Shown piece by piece: positions 13,609 to 26,154 of a DNA stretch of 64,000 nt. Both the position numbers and the translations under genes were made by a program. Each line of letters starts with the position of its first letter. The stretch's first letter is position 1. The notes beneath the pieces were generated by a model. The model made no database searches. It was given only the letters and a program-made list of their open reading frames with translations, and had not been told where the DNA came from. This DNA is from Trichodelitschia bisporula (taxonomy: Eukaryota), in assembly GCA_010356995.1 (NCBI GenBank), contig ML996697.1, positions 1 to 64,000 on the forward strand. Direction: 5' to 3'.

Positions 13609-14925
13609 CTACGTCTTCATCTTGACCCACACACCCACAAACCCACCACCCACCACCCTCTCCCCCACCTTCGGCCGGCAAACCACAACCTCCCTTCCCA
13701 CCTCTCGCCGCACCGGCGCAGCCCGCACATCCCACTCGCGCCCCGCGCTCATGCCCGACGCAAGCTCCACCACCCGCTCTAGCACGAGCGGCAGTTTCTG
13801 CGCCCGCACGGCTTCGACGCATGCCACGATTTGCGTGACGCTGGGGCAGAAGACCACGACGCGGCCGCCGACGCAGACGGTGCGAGATATGAGCGGGAGG
13901 GCGGCGTCGGAGCCGGGGAAGTCGAGGGTTGCGTGGGCGATGAACGGGGTCGGGTCGGTGCGGGGTTCTGGGGGTGAGGGCGTTGATGATTGAGTTACTT
14001 CTGGGATTGCGTCGAGAGTCGCTTCGGGAGTGGACTCTGGCGTGACTTCGGGAGAGACTTCGGGAGTGGATTCGGGAGTGGGATCGGGAATGATGTTGAC
14101 GGGAACTTCAGGAGGTACTGCGGGAGAAGCCTCTCGAGGAACCTTAGAGGGGCTCTCAGGGGCATCCCCGTCGGAAACGGCCGGGGCAAATCCCCGCGAC
14201 TCCAGAAATGAACCCAGGTCTGAGATGTGGAAATCGACGTGGCCATAGTACAATCCGCGCCTAAAGCCGCGTACTATCTTCTGCGCCGCCCGTGAGTGCG
14301 CCGCTGCCACGTCGAGTGTGTGGATCACAGCCCGGCGCCTTGACTTCCAAGCGGCGAAGGCTTCCGCCGCGGCTACAGTCTCTGCATCTACCTCTGGCGC
14401 ATCGGCAGATCCACGGTCAGATGTACTTCTCCGCGGACGTTCAGCTGGTAGTGGAGGTGCAGGCTCGTTAGCGGCGTGGATGGCGCGCGCGAGATTCAGC
14501 GTCAAGGAGCCGTGCCCGGTGCCGACTTCGAGAATTTCCAGCGGATCGTCGTCGGTGCCGGGTGGTGTGACGTGGATGTCGAGCAGGCTGACGATCAGGT
14601 TTGCGTCGCCGGGGTAGATGGGTGTCACGCAGCGCGGAGTGAGGGTTATGTAGTCGGCGAGAGTGGGTTCGAATACTCGGTACACGGCTCGCTTGGTTGA
14701 TTGCACCGTTTCGCGCGGTGTCAGACCGATGATGGAGGAATGTGAAATGGTGCCGCCGTGATGATCGATCTTGCCGTCGGCGGCTAGCGGCTTCGTGAGG
14801 ATGCCGTCCTGGATGGAGGTCGCGTTGTATGGCCGGAGTACCACGATGTCGCCTTCGCGGATGCGGCCGTAGAAGCGCCGATGGAGCCGGGAGAGCGAAC
14901 AGCACGAGAAGGCCGATCGCTTCAT
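13609..14925 (-). CDS. TRM61: tRNA (adenine-58 N1) methyltransferase catalytic subunit, Trm61/TRMT61B-like, probably mitochondrial
   Basis: Motifs PTL.DY....PR..TPIYP.D, LEVGTGHGSLT (SAM-binding), LDFP and FCPSVTQ; Arg/Ser-rich presequence-like N-terminus. Confidence 0.88.
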   Translation of the reverse strand: MKRSAFSCCSLSRLHRRFYGRIREGDIVVLRPYNATSIQDGILTKPLAADGKIDHHGGTISHSSIIGLTPRETVQSTKRAVYRVFEPTLADYITLTPRCVTPIYPGDANLIVSLLDIHVTPPGTDDDPLEILEVGTGHGSLTLNLARAIHAANEPAPPLPAERPRRSTSDRGSADAPEVDAETVAAAEAFAAWKSRRRAVIHTLDVAAAHSRAAQKIVRGFRRGLYYGHVDFHISDLGSFLESRGFAPAVSDGDAPESPSKVPREASPAVPPEVPVNIIPDPTPESTPEVSPEVTPESTPEATLDAIPEVTQSSTPSPPEPRTDPTPFIAHATLDFPGSDAALPLISRTVCVGGRVVVFCPSVTQIVACVEAVRAQKLPLVLERVVELASGMSAGREWDVRAAPVRREVGREVVVCRPKVGERVVGGGFVGVWVKMKT

Positions 14926-15225
14926 TATATACTGATTAGAGGCTGTGACACTTGAGCTCAGCTAAACGAAAGGTGAAATTTCAATTCGCATCTCGATCGA
15001 GCCGTCTGTTCAGTCGTCTCGTTTTTATATTCTGCCTTAAGGCCTGAGGCGCCAAAAGCCACACAGAGCAAGCGATCCCTGTCAGCCACAGCCAAGACCA
15101 GCAAACGGCATCCCCATCTCATTTCCATCCCCGTTGCCATCCCCACACTATCGTCACTTTACGGCAGCATCAGTATGGCTGGCTGCTCATATTCGACAAC
15201 CTGACATCATGACGCGCAGAATAGT

Positions 15226-16988
15226 ATGACCACTCCCCCTTTAACCCCGCCCCAACTAATCCCCCAGGTACGCACCGCGCTACAACTCGCCCTCCTTACA
15301 TCCCTCCTCTTCATCTCCGTCTGGCTCCTCGACTCCCGCTACCGCGTACTCCCCCAAACCATCCACAACCATCTCCCCATCCACCACCCCGGCCTCGTCG
15401 TAACCGACGTCGTGGTCCGCACATGCCGCTTCGGCGCCTGCGCCGTTGATCCCTCCTGGTCCCGCGTCGACAAAGACCTCTACCTGGGCAGCGCGTGGAT
15501 CACAAAGGCTTACGTCGATGTGCAACGCAAGCGCGAGCAGGACCTCACCCCGACGGACCGCGTCGTCGTCGACGTGCGCGTCGGCCGCCTCAACCCCGCA
15601 GCCAGCGACCCGCCGGCCAAGGACGAGAAGTGGGAGTCCCGGCAGGCGGGCTTGTGGGTCAAGCGCTCGGCGCGCCGTAGCGACTCCGACTCCGCACGCG
15701 CCGTCACCGCTGTCGATGTGCTCTTCGGCGCGGATGCGGTTGACCCGCGCCCCGGGTGGGAGATGAAGGATAGGCCGCTGGTGGACGGCGGCGGCGCGAT
15801 TGGCCCGCGGATTACGATTCGACGCGGCACGCCGGCGAAGGTGGAAAAAGTGGTGCCGCGAGTGCGGAAGGACGGGAAGTTCAAAATATTGCAGGTGTCG
15901 GATCTGCACCTTAGCACGGGAGTGGGTGTCTGCCGCGACCCTGTGCCAGCGAACGGCAAGTGCGAAGCTGACCCCCGCACGCTTGAGTTCGTGGGCCGGA
16001 TCCTGGATACGGAGAAACCGGACTTTGTGGTCCTGTCGGGCGATCAGGTCAACGGCGAGACCGCGCCGGACTCGCAGACGGTTCGTTATAATCGCAGGAG
16101 GTGACTACAGGGTATAGAAGCTAACGAGATAAGGCTATTCTGAAATTCGCCGAGCTCTTCATCAGCCGCAAGATCCCCTACGCAACAATACCCGGCAACC
16201 ACGATGACGAGGGTTCGCTGACGCGGGCCGCGTCGACAGAGCTACTCACAACACTACCATACTCCCTTACCGAAGCCGGACCGAACACCATCCCCGGCGT
16301 CGGCAACTACTACATCCAGGTGCTCGCACACAGCGGGCATCACGCCGCCCTAACCCTCTACTTCCTCGACACCCACGCCTACTCCCCCGACGAGAAGAAA
16401 TATCACGGCTACGACTGGATCAAGCCCGAGCAGATCCGGTGGTTCAAGGACACGGCCCGCGCGCTCAAGGCCGATAACGCCAAATACTCGCACATCCACC
16501 TCGACATGGCCTTCATCCACATCCCGCTGCCCGAGTACCGCGACGGCGGGAAACTCGTCGGCGAGCGAAGAGAGGGCGTCACTGCCCCGGCATACAACTC
16601 CGGCTTCCGCGACGCGCTCGTCGACGTCGGCGTCCCGGTGGTTAGCTGCGGGCACGACCACGCCAACGACTACTGCCTTCTGTCTGAGCCGGACACGGCT
16701 GGTGGCAAGAAGGATGCGGCGAAGCGCGCCGAGCCCGACCTGGCAGAGGGCGGGGAGGAGGCTGTGAAGCCGAAGCACACGCGCAACGACAAGATCTGGA
16801 TGTGTTATGCGGGTGGGTCGGGGTTCGGTGGGTATGGCGGTTATGGGGGGTATGTGCGGCGGGTGCGCGTGTTCGAGCTTGATGCGCACGAGGCGCGAAT
16901 TTCGACGTGGAAGCGCGTGGAGTGGGGGGATACGGAACGGCGGGTGGATGAGCAGGTCATCGTGGATGGGGGGAGGGTGGTGGGGTAA
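15226..16988 (+). CDS. DCR2: Calcineurin-like metallophosphoesterase, Dcr2 family
   Basis: Motifs FKILQVSDLH, VVLSGDQVNG, GNHDDEG, AFIHIPLPEY, CGHDHANDYC and GGSGFGGYGGY; N-terminal TM segment; intron ~16081-16133. Confidence 0.9.
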
Positions 16989-19900
16989 GCGATTGATTCT
17001 TTTGGTAGCGGAATTGTGGCAGGCGTTTTTTTTTGGTGGGTGAGGAAATGGTGCCTGGGGGTGTTGAATCACTGGATTATGGAAGCGGGTGTACGGTCTC
17101 ACTCGCTCTGGACGCGAGCCTGGGTTGCAAATTCGTACGGAACGTATGTCATTCTGTTTGTCAAGTCTGAATGCGGGAGACGTGGCAACCGGACACGCAG
17201 GCACGGAGCCTCCACCCAGCAACAGAGGCGAAAGCACGTGATGTCCCCTCGGCCTCGGACTCCTCGCCGCCAGCCTCGTAAAAGCAACCGCGCATCCCTT
17301 CCGCAACCAGCAACCAGCAGCCCAGGATGCGGATACCAGCCCGTTTCGGAGCCACGCAACCCGTCCTCGGCACCGTTGCCGTGCCCATGCGGGGTCCAGC
17401 GCGTTGCGATCCAGCCAGCCACACGCATGCTGGCTGCTGGCTGCTGCGCTGTTCGCCGTATGAGGACGGAGGTTGCTACGGAATGAGCGCGGGGTTTACG
17501 ACACTCTGGCGGCAGCGCCGGATGAGGTGTTTGTGTTTGCGCATCGGACGAATATGTGCAGTGGGTGCACGGACTTGCGGGCGTGCTCCCTGGGGGGGAT
17601 CGGCGGGCTGGTTCTGGACGGGGGCGGCGGATCGGGAGGGGTGAGGCGGGACGGGAGATCATGGTAAGCTCCCGCGCTTAGGCGTATCGCACCGGATAGA
17701 GGGACATTATGGCAACACCGGGCTTGTATCACGTCGAGATGTGTTCTACGGCTTGCGGGCTGCTGCCATTGAGGGAACTGGTTATCTTCTTCACGCTTGA
17801 TACTGCCTGTTCTCCGTCTACGCCGCTGACAGGATACTCAGGCTCGGTAGGGGAGGGAGGCATCACATTCATTCGGATAGCACTTTGGTGGTGAGTTGGC
17901 TAATGGGTGGGATGTTCAGTGTTCGAGGGCGGATAGGCGCGGCGCCGGCGGGGATTTTGGGAAGGGATCGCTGGTGCGGGAGATATCTGACTGGGGCTGC
18001 GGACGTGGGCTGTTACGGTGAGGCGCGGGAGAAGGTGAAGGCTTTCGACGTTGGAAGCTGAAGGTTCGGATTTGGATACGGGTGCGGAGCAGATTGGGAC
18101 GGCAGGGAGAGATGGATTGGGACGTTACCCTGGGCTTTCGGTGGCATCATCCTGGTTACCTATGCGTTACATGAAGCAGCATGCTCGACAAGCGAGTGGC
18201 GATGGGCGCAGGCTGCGGTATCTGAGACATGCGGGGCCTCGAGGAGGATGGTGTTTCGTCGAACGGGGCGGGAGATGGGCGGTTCCGCGCGTTAAAGGTG
18301 CAGTGAGCGGGCGCGGGCGCGGCTCTGCAGGGTGAGTGTTTGCAAGGTGGGGGACCGGGAACCGGGTTGAGGGCTGGCCTGCTGGAGGATGCGGCTAGAT
18401 GGAGCTGGACGTTCTAGCGGGTGGGATGGGCAGTTATTCCGGAGTTCGAGGCTATCGGACGGGTTATCAGATAACCTCACTTCACAGCTGGCTGGGGAGG
18501 GGGATGGGGAGCAGAGATGCGGAGATGGATGGATATATCGGTCCACCGCGGTCGGCGCATGGGGTTTTGGATAGCCGATATGGTACTCGATTGAGATGGG
18601 GCTTGTGTTGCGCTATGGCGGTTGATGAACGGCCGGGGAATTTGCAATTGGACGGAGGGAGGCCCGGTGTGGTTGGTAGGTCGGAGGTTTTGAGATTGAA
18701 GAGCCGCTGGCTTTTTTTGTGGCTAGAGCGGGGGAGAGGGAGGGGTGGTGGAGTGGAGGGGTTGAAGCAATGAAGAGAACGGAGACTCCCGTGATAAGTT
18801 CAACGCGAGAGAGAGAGAGTACCGGTAGTGAGAGAGAGTCGAGATGTGGCTGGGAATGATGACAGTGGAGATGAGACGAGGCTGGCCCGGGCGACTCTTT
18901 GGTGAGAGTGTTCCTGGGCCTTGCCAGGTGACTGATAGGGGATAGTGTGGGGGGCCTCACCGCTTTCGGGTTAGGATGGGGGAATTATTGGTGGGATCTC
19001 GGTACGCGAGAGACGTGGAATGGGACGATGGGAGCCTATGATTCATCCAGAGGTGGGTAGGGGGGTTGCTTCGTTGGGAAGGATGCCTTGCTTATCAGGT
19101 TCGAGACGCGCGTTCGAAGCCAGCTGCGACGCGTCAAAGAAATGCCGACATGGAAGAGGATAAGATGCACTATGCAACTGCGTGTCTCTCCTCTGCAGCA
19201 ACTTGCGACGTACAAGTTGCTCCGTACCCTTGAGATATTTGCGGATTGCCGATTCTTCGGAATTCACATTGCGGGTCCAGCCCTTCCCCTTTGGGATCGC
19301 TTTTCTCTCGTCACTCGGCTGCTTTCTGTCGTCAGTTCTCGCCCGTTTTCCATCGAGCGTCATGAACGACCAAGCGAACAGGTCAAGGCATACTGTCAGC
19401 CAGCCTGGAATCCGGCCGAGAAGATCAAAGAAAAGTTGCCCGTATCGCAGCCAGCCATGGTTCCATCGCTCTCCCGGCCGGTGGCGCCGTGTGGTGCAGA
19501 TTGCCGCTTTACCGTGGACCGTTTGGCTGGGCGTGCATCACTTCGCAGGTTGCTTGTGCAGTTTGCAGTTTACGGCGGAGAGAGAGTGCGCTCAGAGTGG
19601 AAGAGACGGAGTCCGGCGGGGATTTTCATGACCGCTTTTGGCACCGATGTTAGAGGATCCTTGGAGCAATTCTCCCTCTTTGTCTCTGCAGCCTCGTCAT
19701 TCAGCTCCCATCTGTTCCACCGTGGTCCACTTTCCATCCAGGTATTTCCCAGGAAGATGGGCGACGATGGGGCTAGCTTCTGTTACACTAAGGCGTGATG
19801 CTGTACAGCAGCTACAGCAGCTATCTTGCCGCCGTACCGTATCTTCACAATCCCGAGTCAACGACTCAACTCCACTCCCACTCCACCACCCATTGAAGCA

Positions 19901-20608
19901 GCAATCATCGCTATGCCCTGTCAATCAAGCACACAATCAATCAGTCAATTGCAACTGGGTGGTGGCCTGTCGTCATGACTCTCTCTACTCTCTCCAAAGT
20001 ACCAAAGAACGCCCGTGTTTGAGCCCACCAGCCCTCACCAGCCCACCAGCCCACAACGCCTCAAACTTATCCGCCCAGCCCCGCGCCCGGCACACCCAGA
20101 GGCCCGACGCCGCCCGCCGACGACGCCGCCGACGCCGCTCATCTGTCTGTGAGGTGTTTGAGTTCCCTGCATAGCACGCAGATGGGAGGGTGTAGGGGAA
20201 TCAACTGCGGGTGCTTCGGTAAAGCAAGAGAACAGCAGAGACTGAAGCCTGTTTCGCTGTCAACTCGTGCTGCCGGCGTGCATCTCTGCTGCTTGCTGCG
20301 TGTACGGCGTGTGGATGTGGGAGCTGCTTGCTGGCTGATGCCACTCCCGACCTCCTACAGTACTGTGTACCCTCCTCCACAACTTCCCGTGCGTGCCGAT
20401 GTTGGCTGGCGGCTGCATGGTTGGATGTGCTGTTAGACTTTTTTTTTTCTTCCTTAAACTTACTCGGACACACTTCAACGTCCATTCCCCCCATATAACC
20501 GCCGAACGTGCCGCTCCCGCGTGTGTCTGAGCTGGTATGGTGGAGAAGTTGGCATCTCTTCCCTTCAACCCCCCATGATCTTCAACCCACATCCCCATAC
20601 AGCAACCC

Positions 20609-23581
20609 ATGATGATCCACGCCCAGGCTCATCAGCTAGGCGGGTCTAGCTCTGGCCTTCCCTCTGGCTCCTCAGTCCATGCTAGTCCAGGACCCGTACC
20701 AAAGCGCCACCGATGGACCATCGCGCTGCACAGCTCTCTGGAGTCGTATCACCCCGACGGCACCGCTGCTCTCGTTCAGGCTGCCCACGCCGCCGCCGCC
20801 GCTCCCCTCCTCACGTCCTCTGTGCAACATTCCACGCTGCTCGGCAACGGCACCGGCGGTAGCACCACCCTCCACAACAATAACACCTCCTCCCTTCAGC
20901 GCTCCCGAGCCCGCGTTCGCCCCGTCTCCGCCGCCGTCTCTGCTCCACACTCGCGCGTCACCAGTCCCGAATCCTCCCCCGAGCGTCCTCAGTCTGAAGG
21001 CACCTCTACCCTTCAGCGTGCTGCTACATTTTCGCGCCAGTTGTCCGGCCGCTCGCGCAAGCTGCCTACCATCATGGAGACGAAGAATACGACGTCAATT
21101 GAGAGTCTCCGAACCCGAATGCGGACGGGCGCCGTGCGTCGATGGGATGGGAGAGTGAGGGCAGTTGATGCGTGGGATGGTCTGCGACGGGTGGGTCCTT
21201 TCCTGAAGCTGATGTTGAACTTGCATTGAGCATTGAGCTTGTGTGCTTGAGCTTGTGTGCTTATGCTGACCAAGGCTAACTATCCCCAGGATCCTGAGCT
21301 GTGGTTCGCCAATGGCAATTGCTACGTCCATCTCTATGCCCGCGGCCAGTCGCGTCGTGGCCCGTCCTTCCGCGTACCACTTCGCGCGCTGCAGGACGCA
21401 CGCTTCGACCGCATCTTCAGCCTCTTCTACGCCCAGGCGACGAAAGAGGTCAACAGCTTCAACCCCACAAACCCAGGCGTCATTGAGCTCTTCATCCCAC
21501 CACCCGATAACCTCACCAAAGACGCCGCTTTCGCGTGGCACCTCACGACACGAAACTTCTTCGCCTTTCTCTTCGGCAAGCCGCTCGTCGGCAGTCTGCT
21601 CGGCCGCGCCATGGTCGATTTGCAGGACCGTCTGCAGCTGCTGCGGCCGGATGCGGCGAGGAACCAGCGTGAGGTGATGGCGTATCTCGAGGGCATGGGA
21701 TATCTCGAGTTCGTCCACTGTCCCGAGTACGCTTTGGCGTTGCTGCACTACGCCGAGAACTTCCGCATCGGAGATCTTTGGATTGATGCTTTTGTGCACT
21801 GCGTCGGCATGAACGACCTCATCGAGTCAAACTCGCAGCTTCAGGCCGTTTCGCCGGGGACCAGGACCCTCGTCGCGCGGGCGTATGCGGAGATGGACCT
21901 GCATCTGACCGGCGTGACCAAGGCCCTGAGCAACTTCCTCGAGGAGGACTTCGGCCCGACGTACCTGGGCCTTAGCCACGGCGCTCGCGCCCACCTCGAG
22001 CGCTTCCGCTCGTTTCTTCATTCCTTTTACGTCGAGAAATTCGGCTACTGGCCCCCTCCCGCGGGAAGTACCTTCTCCAAGGCCCTCTACCGCTCCATGT
22101 ACTTCGACTTCCGCAGCCTCTACGACTACCTCGTCGACCTCGACTCCACCGACTCCTTGCAAGACCAAAAGCCCGCATCAGGCGGTATCTGCGTGCTACA
22201 AAACGTTCAGGCCTTCGATAGACGCCACCACTACGTCCCCCTCCCGCACCCCAACCCCCTCCTCCCAGACACATCCGACACGCCCAAAGGCCCAGCCCCC
22301 CGCACGCTCATCGGCCTGCGCATGCCCCGCGGCCCCTCCCGCTCAGAGCGCTACGTCAACGCGCGCGACGCCCTCCTCGCCGCGGCAAACAGCCACGACC
22401 TCGCTACCGCCAATGCTCCGCTCGTCAAGGCATACCGGCGCTTCGAGCGCGACTGCACGCGCCAGCCGGAGGAGAAGGTGTCTATTGCTGATGCGCGCAA
22501 GGTGCGCTGGATACTCATCTACGGGAGTTTGCAGATGCTAGTGTCCGTTATTCGCGCGCCGAAGGAGGTGAGAGATACGGAGTCCGCGAGTTATCCGCTT
22601 TGCGCGCTCGTCGCGAATCTCCCGCCCTGGCTTGAGGTGCCCGATGAGCCGGCCACGCCGCTGCGCAGCAGTCCCGTCGTTGAGCCGCTTGAGGCGCCTG
22701 GCCCGCCTGTGCCGGCCGTCGCTATTCAGCCGGACTGCGACACAGAGGCCTTCCCGCGCCCTTCTGAGTCACACCACCAGTCCGCGTCATCAAATCCACA
22801 CCGCGTCAGCGCGCTCTTCCGCAATACCTCCCTGCGCAGCGTCAAAGCGCTCTCCTTTTCTGGCTTCGTGGCAAGACCTAAGCCCGCTTCTGCACCGGTG
22901 AGGCCTGCGGGGCCTAATTTCTGCGAGATTTTGGTGCAGGGGTATGGGAACGGGCTGAATCCCGCTGTTGTGGGCGGGGCGGAGATGGAGCAGCGCCAGA
23001 ATGCTGTTGAGCTGCCTACGCCCGGGCCCAGTGCGCCAGGGAGTCCCAAGAAGTTCGATGAGAAGAAGTTCGATGAGCCGATGCCGGTTGAGTTGCCGGC
23101 CAGTGTGCCGACGGAATTGCCGGCTGCTGTACCGCGGATGGGGCCCGTGCGGCCCGTGCATCCGCCTCGCACGTCCAGTTTACGGGCGACGAGGCCGGGG
23201 AGTCGTGGGGTTAGTCGGCCGGGCTCGCGGGGGACGTCGAGGCCGGGATCGCGGAGTGGTGTGCCTTCCGTTCCCGTGGTGCCGGCCCCGACGCAGGTGC
23301 ATGAGATGGAGGCGGAGGGGCGGACGCGGACCCCGATTTTGGACGCGATGGATGTGGATAAGGTGCATGATCCGGTGCCGGGCTTGGAGGAGGGCGGGCA
23401 TGATAGTCCAAGTGAGGGGAGTGGGGAGGAGCCGCGGACACCGGTTTGGAGTCGGGAGGGGACGCCGCCTTTGGCGGGTAATGGGGTGGTGGGTATTGGG
23501 GTTACGAAGGGGGGGAAGAAGATTAGGCGGAGTTTGAGGGGGAGTTTGAGGAGGTTGGGGGGGAAGGAGGTTAGGGTTTGA
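20609..23581 (+). CDS. Conserved fungal protein of unknown function (DUF8004-like) with Pro/Ser-rich tails
   Basis: Exon 1 ends RRWDG..WDGLRR; intron 21191-21289; exon 2 begins DPELWF..GNCYVHLYARGQSRRGPSF and contains TRNFFA, DAFVHCVGM, YVEKFGYWPP and ARKVRW. Confidence 0.8.
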
Positions 23582-23931
23582 TGGCATTCACTGGTATTTC
23601 TTTGGTACGGTTTTTTTGGGGGGAGGGGGTTTTGCTTTGCTTGGAGCGCGGCGTTGGGATGGTGTTTGGCTTGCTTCGCTTTTTGATGGGTAAAAGTCGG
23701 CGTTTCGGGCGTGGTGTGGTGTGGTGTGTGGGTGTGTGATACCATCGTTAAGACGCCTTTTTTTGAAACGGGATCGGGCTGGTCTGGACTGGATAGGGGT
23801 TAGCTAACGCGGACGCGGGATATGTAGATCGAGCGTAGGGGATGAATGCATGGCAGCTCGCGATCTTGAGTTGTGCTTGGTGTTTGGTGCTCTGTCTCGT
23901 GAAGTCATCATATCCTATTCCGGAGGAATTG

Positions 23932-24222
23932 CTTACCCGGTACTCAATTGGCTACCCGGTACTCAGTACTTAGCTTACTACCCCGCCCTCCGACAGCTAC
24001 CCAGCCTTTAGACATCTACCCGGCGCTGAGACAGCTACCAGGCACGTAGACAGCTACCCGGCATTTGGGCAGCTACCCGGAACTTAAGCAGTTACCCGGT
24101 ACTTGCCTAGCTACCCAGCACCCCACCGGCTACCCGGCACTTATAGAGCTACCCGCTACTGACTTAGCTACCCGGCACTTACACAGCTACCCCGAACTGA
24201 GACAGTTACCCGGTACTTAAAC
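23932..24222. repeat. Minisatellite, ~15 degenerate 19-20 bp units (consensus ~GACAGCTACCCGGCACTTA), with two detached copies at ~24430 and ~24458
   Basis: Consecutive units such as gacagctacccagccttta, gacatctacccggcgctga, gacagctaccaggcacgta, gacagctacccggcatttg and ggcagctacccggaactta. Confidence 0.9.
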
Positions 24223-24636
24223 GGTGTCATGGTCTCAGCACGCCAGGCCCTGCCAGTGTGTTGCTGAACCATACCACGTGATGCAGCCACTCGGTGCCAA
24301 GCCCAGGGTCCACTGCCACCCCACACCTGCATTTCAGTTTTAGACCTTTCACGTTTCCTCTTCATAGCAGTATTTTCAGTCATACACGCATTCAGTGCAT
24401 TCGATGTCCCAGACGTTGCCCGTGACAAACAGTTACCCGACACTTATGTAGTACACGACTACCCGGTACCTACGCTGTCGCCGGCTTCAGGAAGAGTTTC
24501 TGCACTTGATGTCGCTTGGGTGTGAATTGGAATGGATTGTAAATTGCACCTTTGCCTTTTGTGTCCGGCGTACATGGTAGAACTCTAGAGGAGGAGGAGA
24601 GAAAGTAGCAGAGAGCAGGGACTATCATGTGATTCG

Positions 24637-24726
24637 GCGGCTTTAGCTCAGTTGGGAGAGCGTCAGACTGAAGTGTACTTCGGTCCAGGCATCTGAAGGT
24701 CACCCGTTCGATCCGGGTAAGCCGCA
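24637..24726 (+). tRNA. tRNA-Phe (GAA) with a 17-nt intron (24674-24690)
   Basis: Acceptor stem GCGGCTT/AAGCCGC+A, A-box TAGCTCAGTTGG, anticodon arm tcaga-CT-GAA-G..A-tctga, T-loop GTTCGATCC, followed by an oligo-T Pol III terminator. Confidence 0.95.
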
Positions 24727-26154
24727 TTTTTTGCAATCTTTTTGCCTTCTGGCAATCCGTGCTTGGGAGGGCGGGAAGAGCGGGGGAAGCGGGTGTTTGG
24801 GGAGCGTGGGGGTTTGGGGATATAGGGCTGTGACGGATTGGTGGAGGGATTGATGAACGAATTTTTGACGGGATGAACAGATGCTCGGACAGGCCGTTTG
24901 GGGGTGGACGGTCCATTTTGATAACCTTATAACCACCGCACGGCGTAAGTACGTGGGACGAGGATACTCCCGGGGACGAAGATAGCGAGTGAGATGCGAT
25001 GCACTCGGACGGTCGAAAGCTGATGACCCGCGATAAGCACTACGCGACGAGACGTATTCGCCACGAGTTGTCGTGTTCTGCGGAACATGATCGCTGGGGA
25101 TACTGGGGATGCTGACGCGACTGAGTCGTTGAAACGGCCAAAGCTGGCGATATGCATGCCCAGACTGAGATTGAGATCAAACCTGGTTGGTGGGTTTTCC
25201 GCGATGCTGGGCTGTTGTTTGATGCTTGTCCGGTAGGGATGATGACGATGTTAGCGATTGGGAGGAGACTAATCTAGTGGGGATGATGCACTTCTGGTAC
25301 GATAGTTAGCTTTTGGGATCTGTGCGCGGCATAGGAAAGTAGATAGAGTACTCTATCGTCCCCCTTTACCGAATGCACTCAGCGGCACGGTTCGGCCGGG
25401 AAGCAGGCGGTTCTGGTTCGATATCAAACGGCCGAGTCGGCCTTATTCCACAGTCACAGCAACCGGGTCATTCCAAAAGTTTAGATATATCGCCATGATA
25501 TAGCAAGTGCCGCAAGCTATTCTCAAGAAAGGCTAGTACTAGTTGCTGTTCAACGGTCGACGGTATCAAAGGGAAGACGAGACGATATATATACATCCGT
25601 AATATGGTATCGTTCGACTGACAGCGAGGCTGTTGCTCGTCGGACGGGAATTCTTTCTTTTCCTTTGCTTCCCACACGTGGGGAAATCGAGTTCTAGTTC
25701 TAAGCCGCCGTCACCGTACTCTTCCCATCTTCAAACTCAACTCGAAGCTCATCACTTATCCTCCACCATAAATCGCCAAAAAAGGAACCTCTATTCCCAA
25801 ACCCGCTACGTATCTCAGCATCTCAGCGCAGTCTCTTCGCCCTACGGAACGAACGGTGCCAGCCCGCCGCAAACGACCTTCGAATGCTTCATCGGTCCAT
25901 ACCCACATCAGTATCACCGCAACTCACAGTCAGCCGCCAACCTCACCTCCACCGCAGAGCCCCGATTCACACCCGCGCATCTCTATCAAATAACCTTTGG
26001 GCAGCCGCGAAGGCATCTCAGTAACGCACGCACTCAGGGGCTCCCACCGATAGCGGCACGAGTCAGACGCCACACCGCACGCGTAATCTTCAATCCATCT
26101 TTCGATTATATATTCCCCCTCCGCCTACCACCCGCCCCGTCAAAAACCACAGCC

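Noticed and set aside
23932..24222. CRISPR-like repeat/spacer array
   Set aside because: Units are contiguous degenerate 19-20-mers without unique spacers; eukaryotic context and no cas genes.
25237..25340. C/D-box snoRNA (ATGATGA present in both duplicate copies)
   Set aside because: No D box or terminal stem conserved in both copies; minus-strand splice signals explain the conservation better.
25633..26154. N-terminal extension of the 336-aa ORF
   Set aside because: The paralogue shows the true start at 26155 after a TATA-like element; the upstream frame is not conserved in copy 2.
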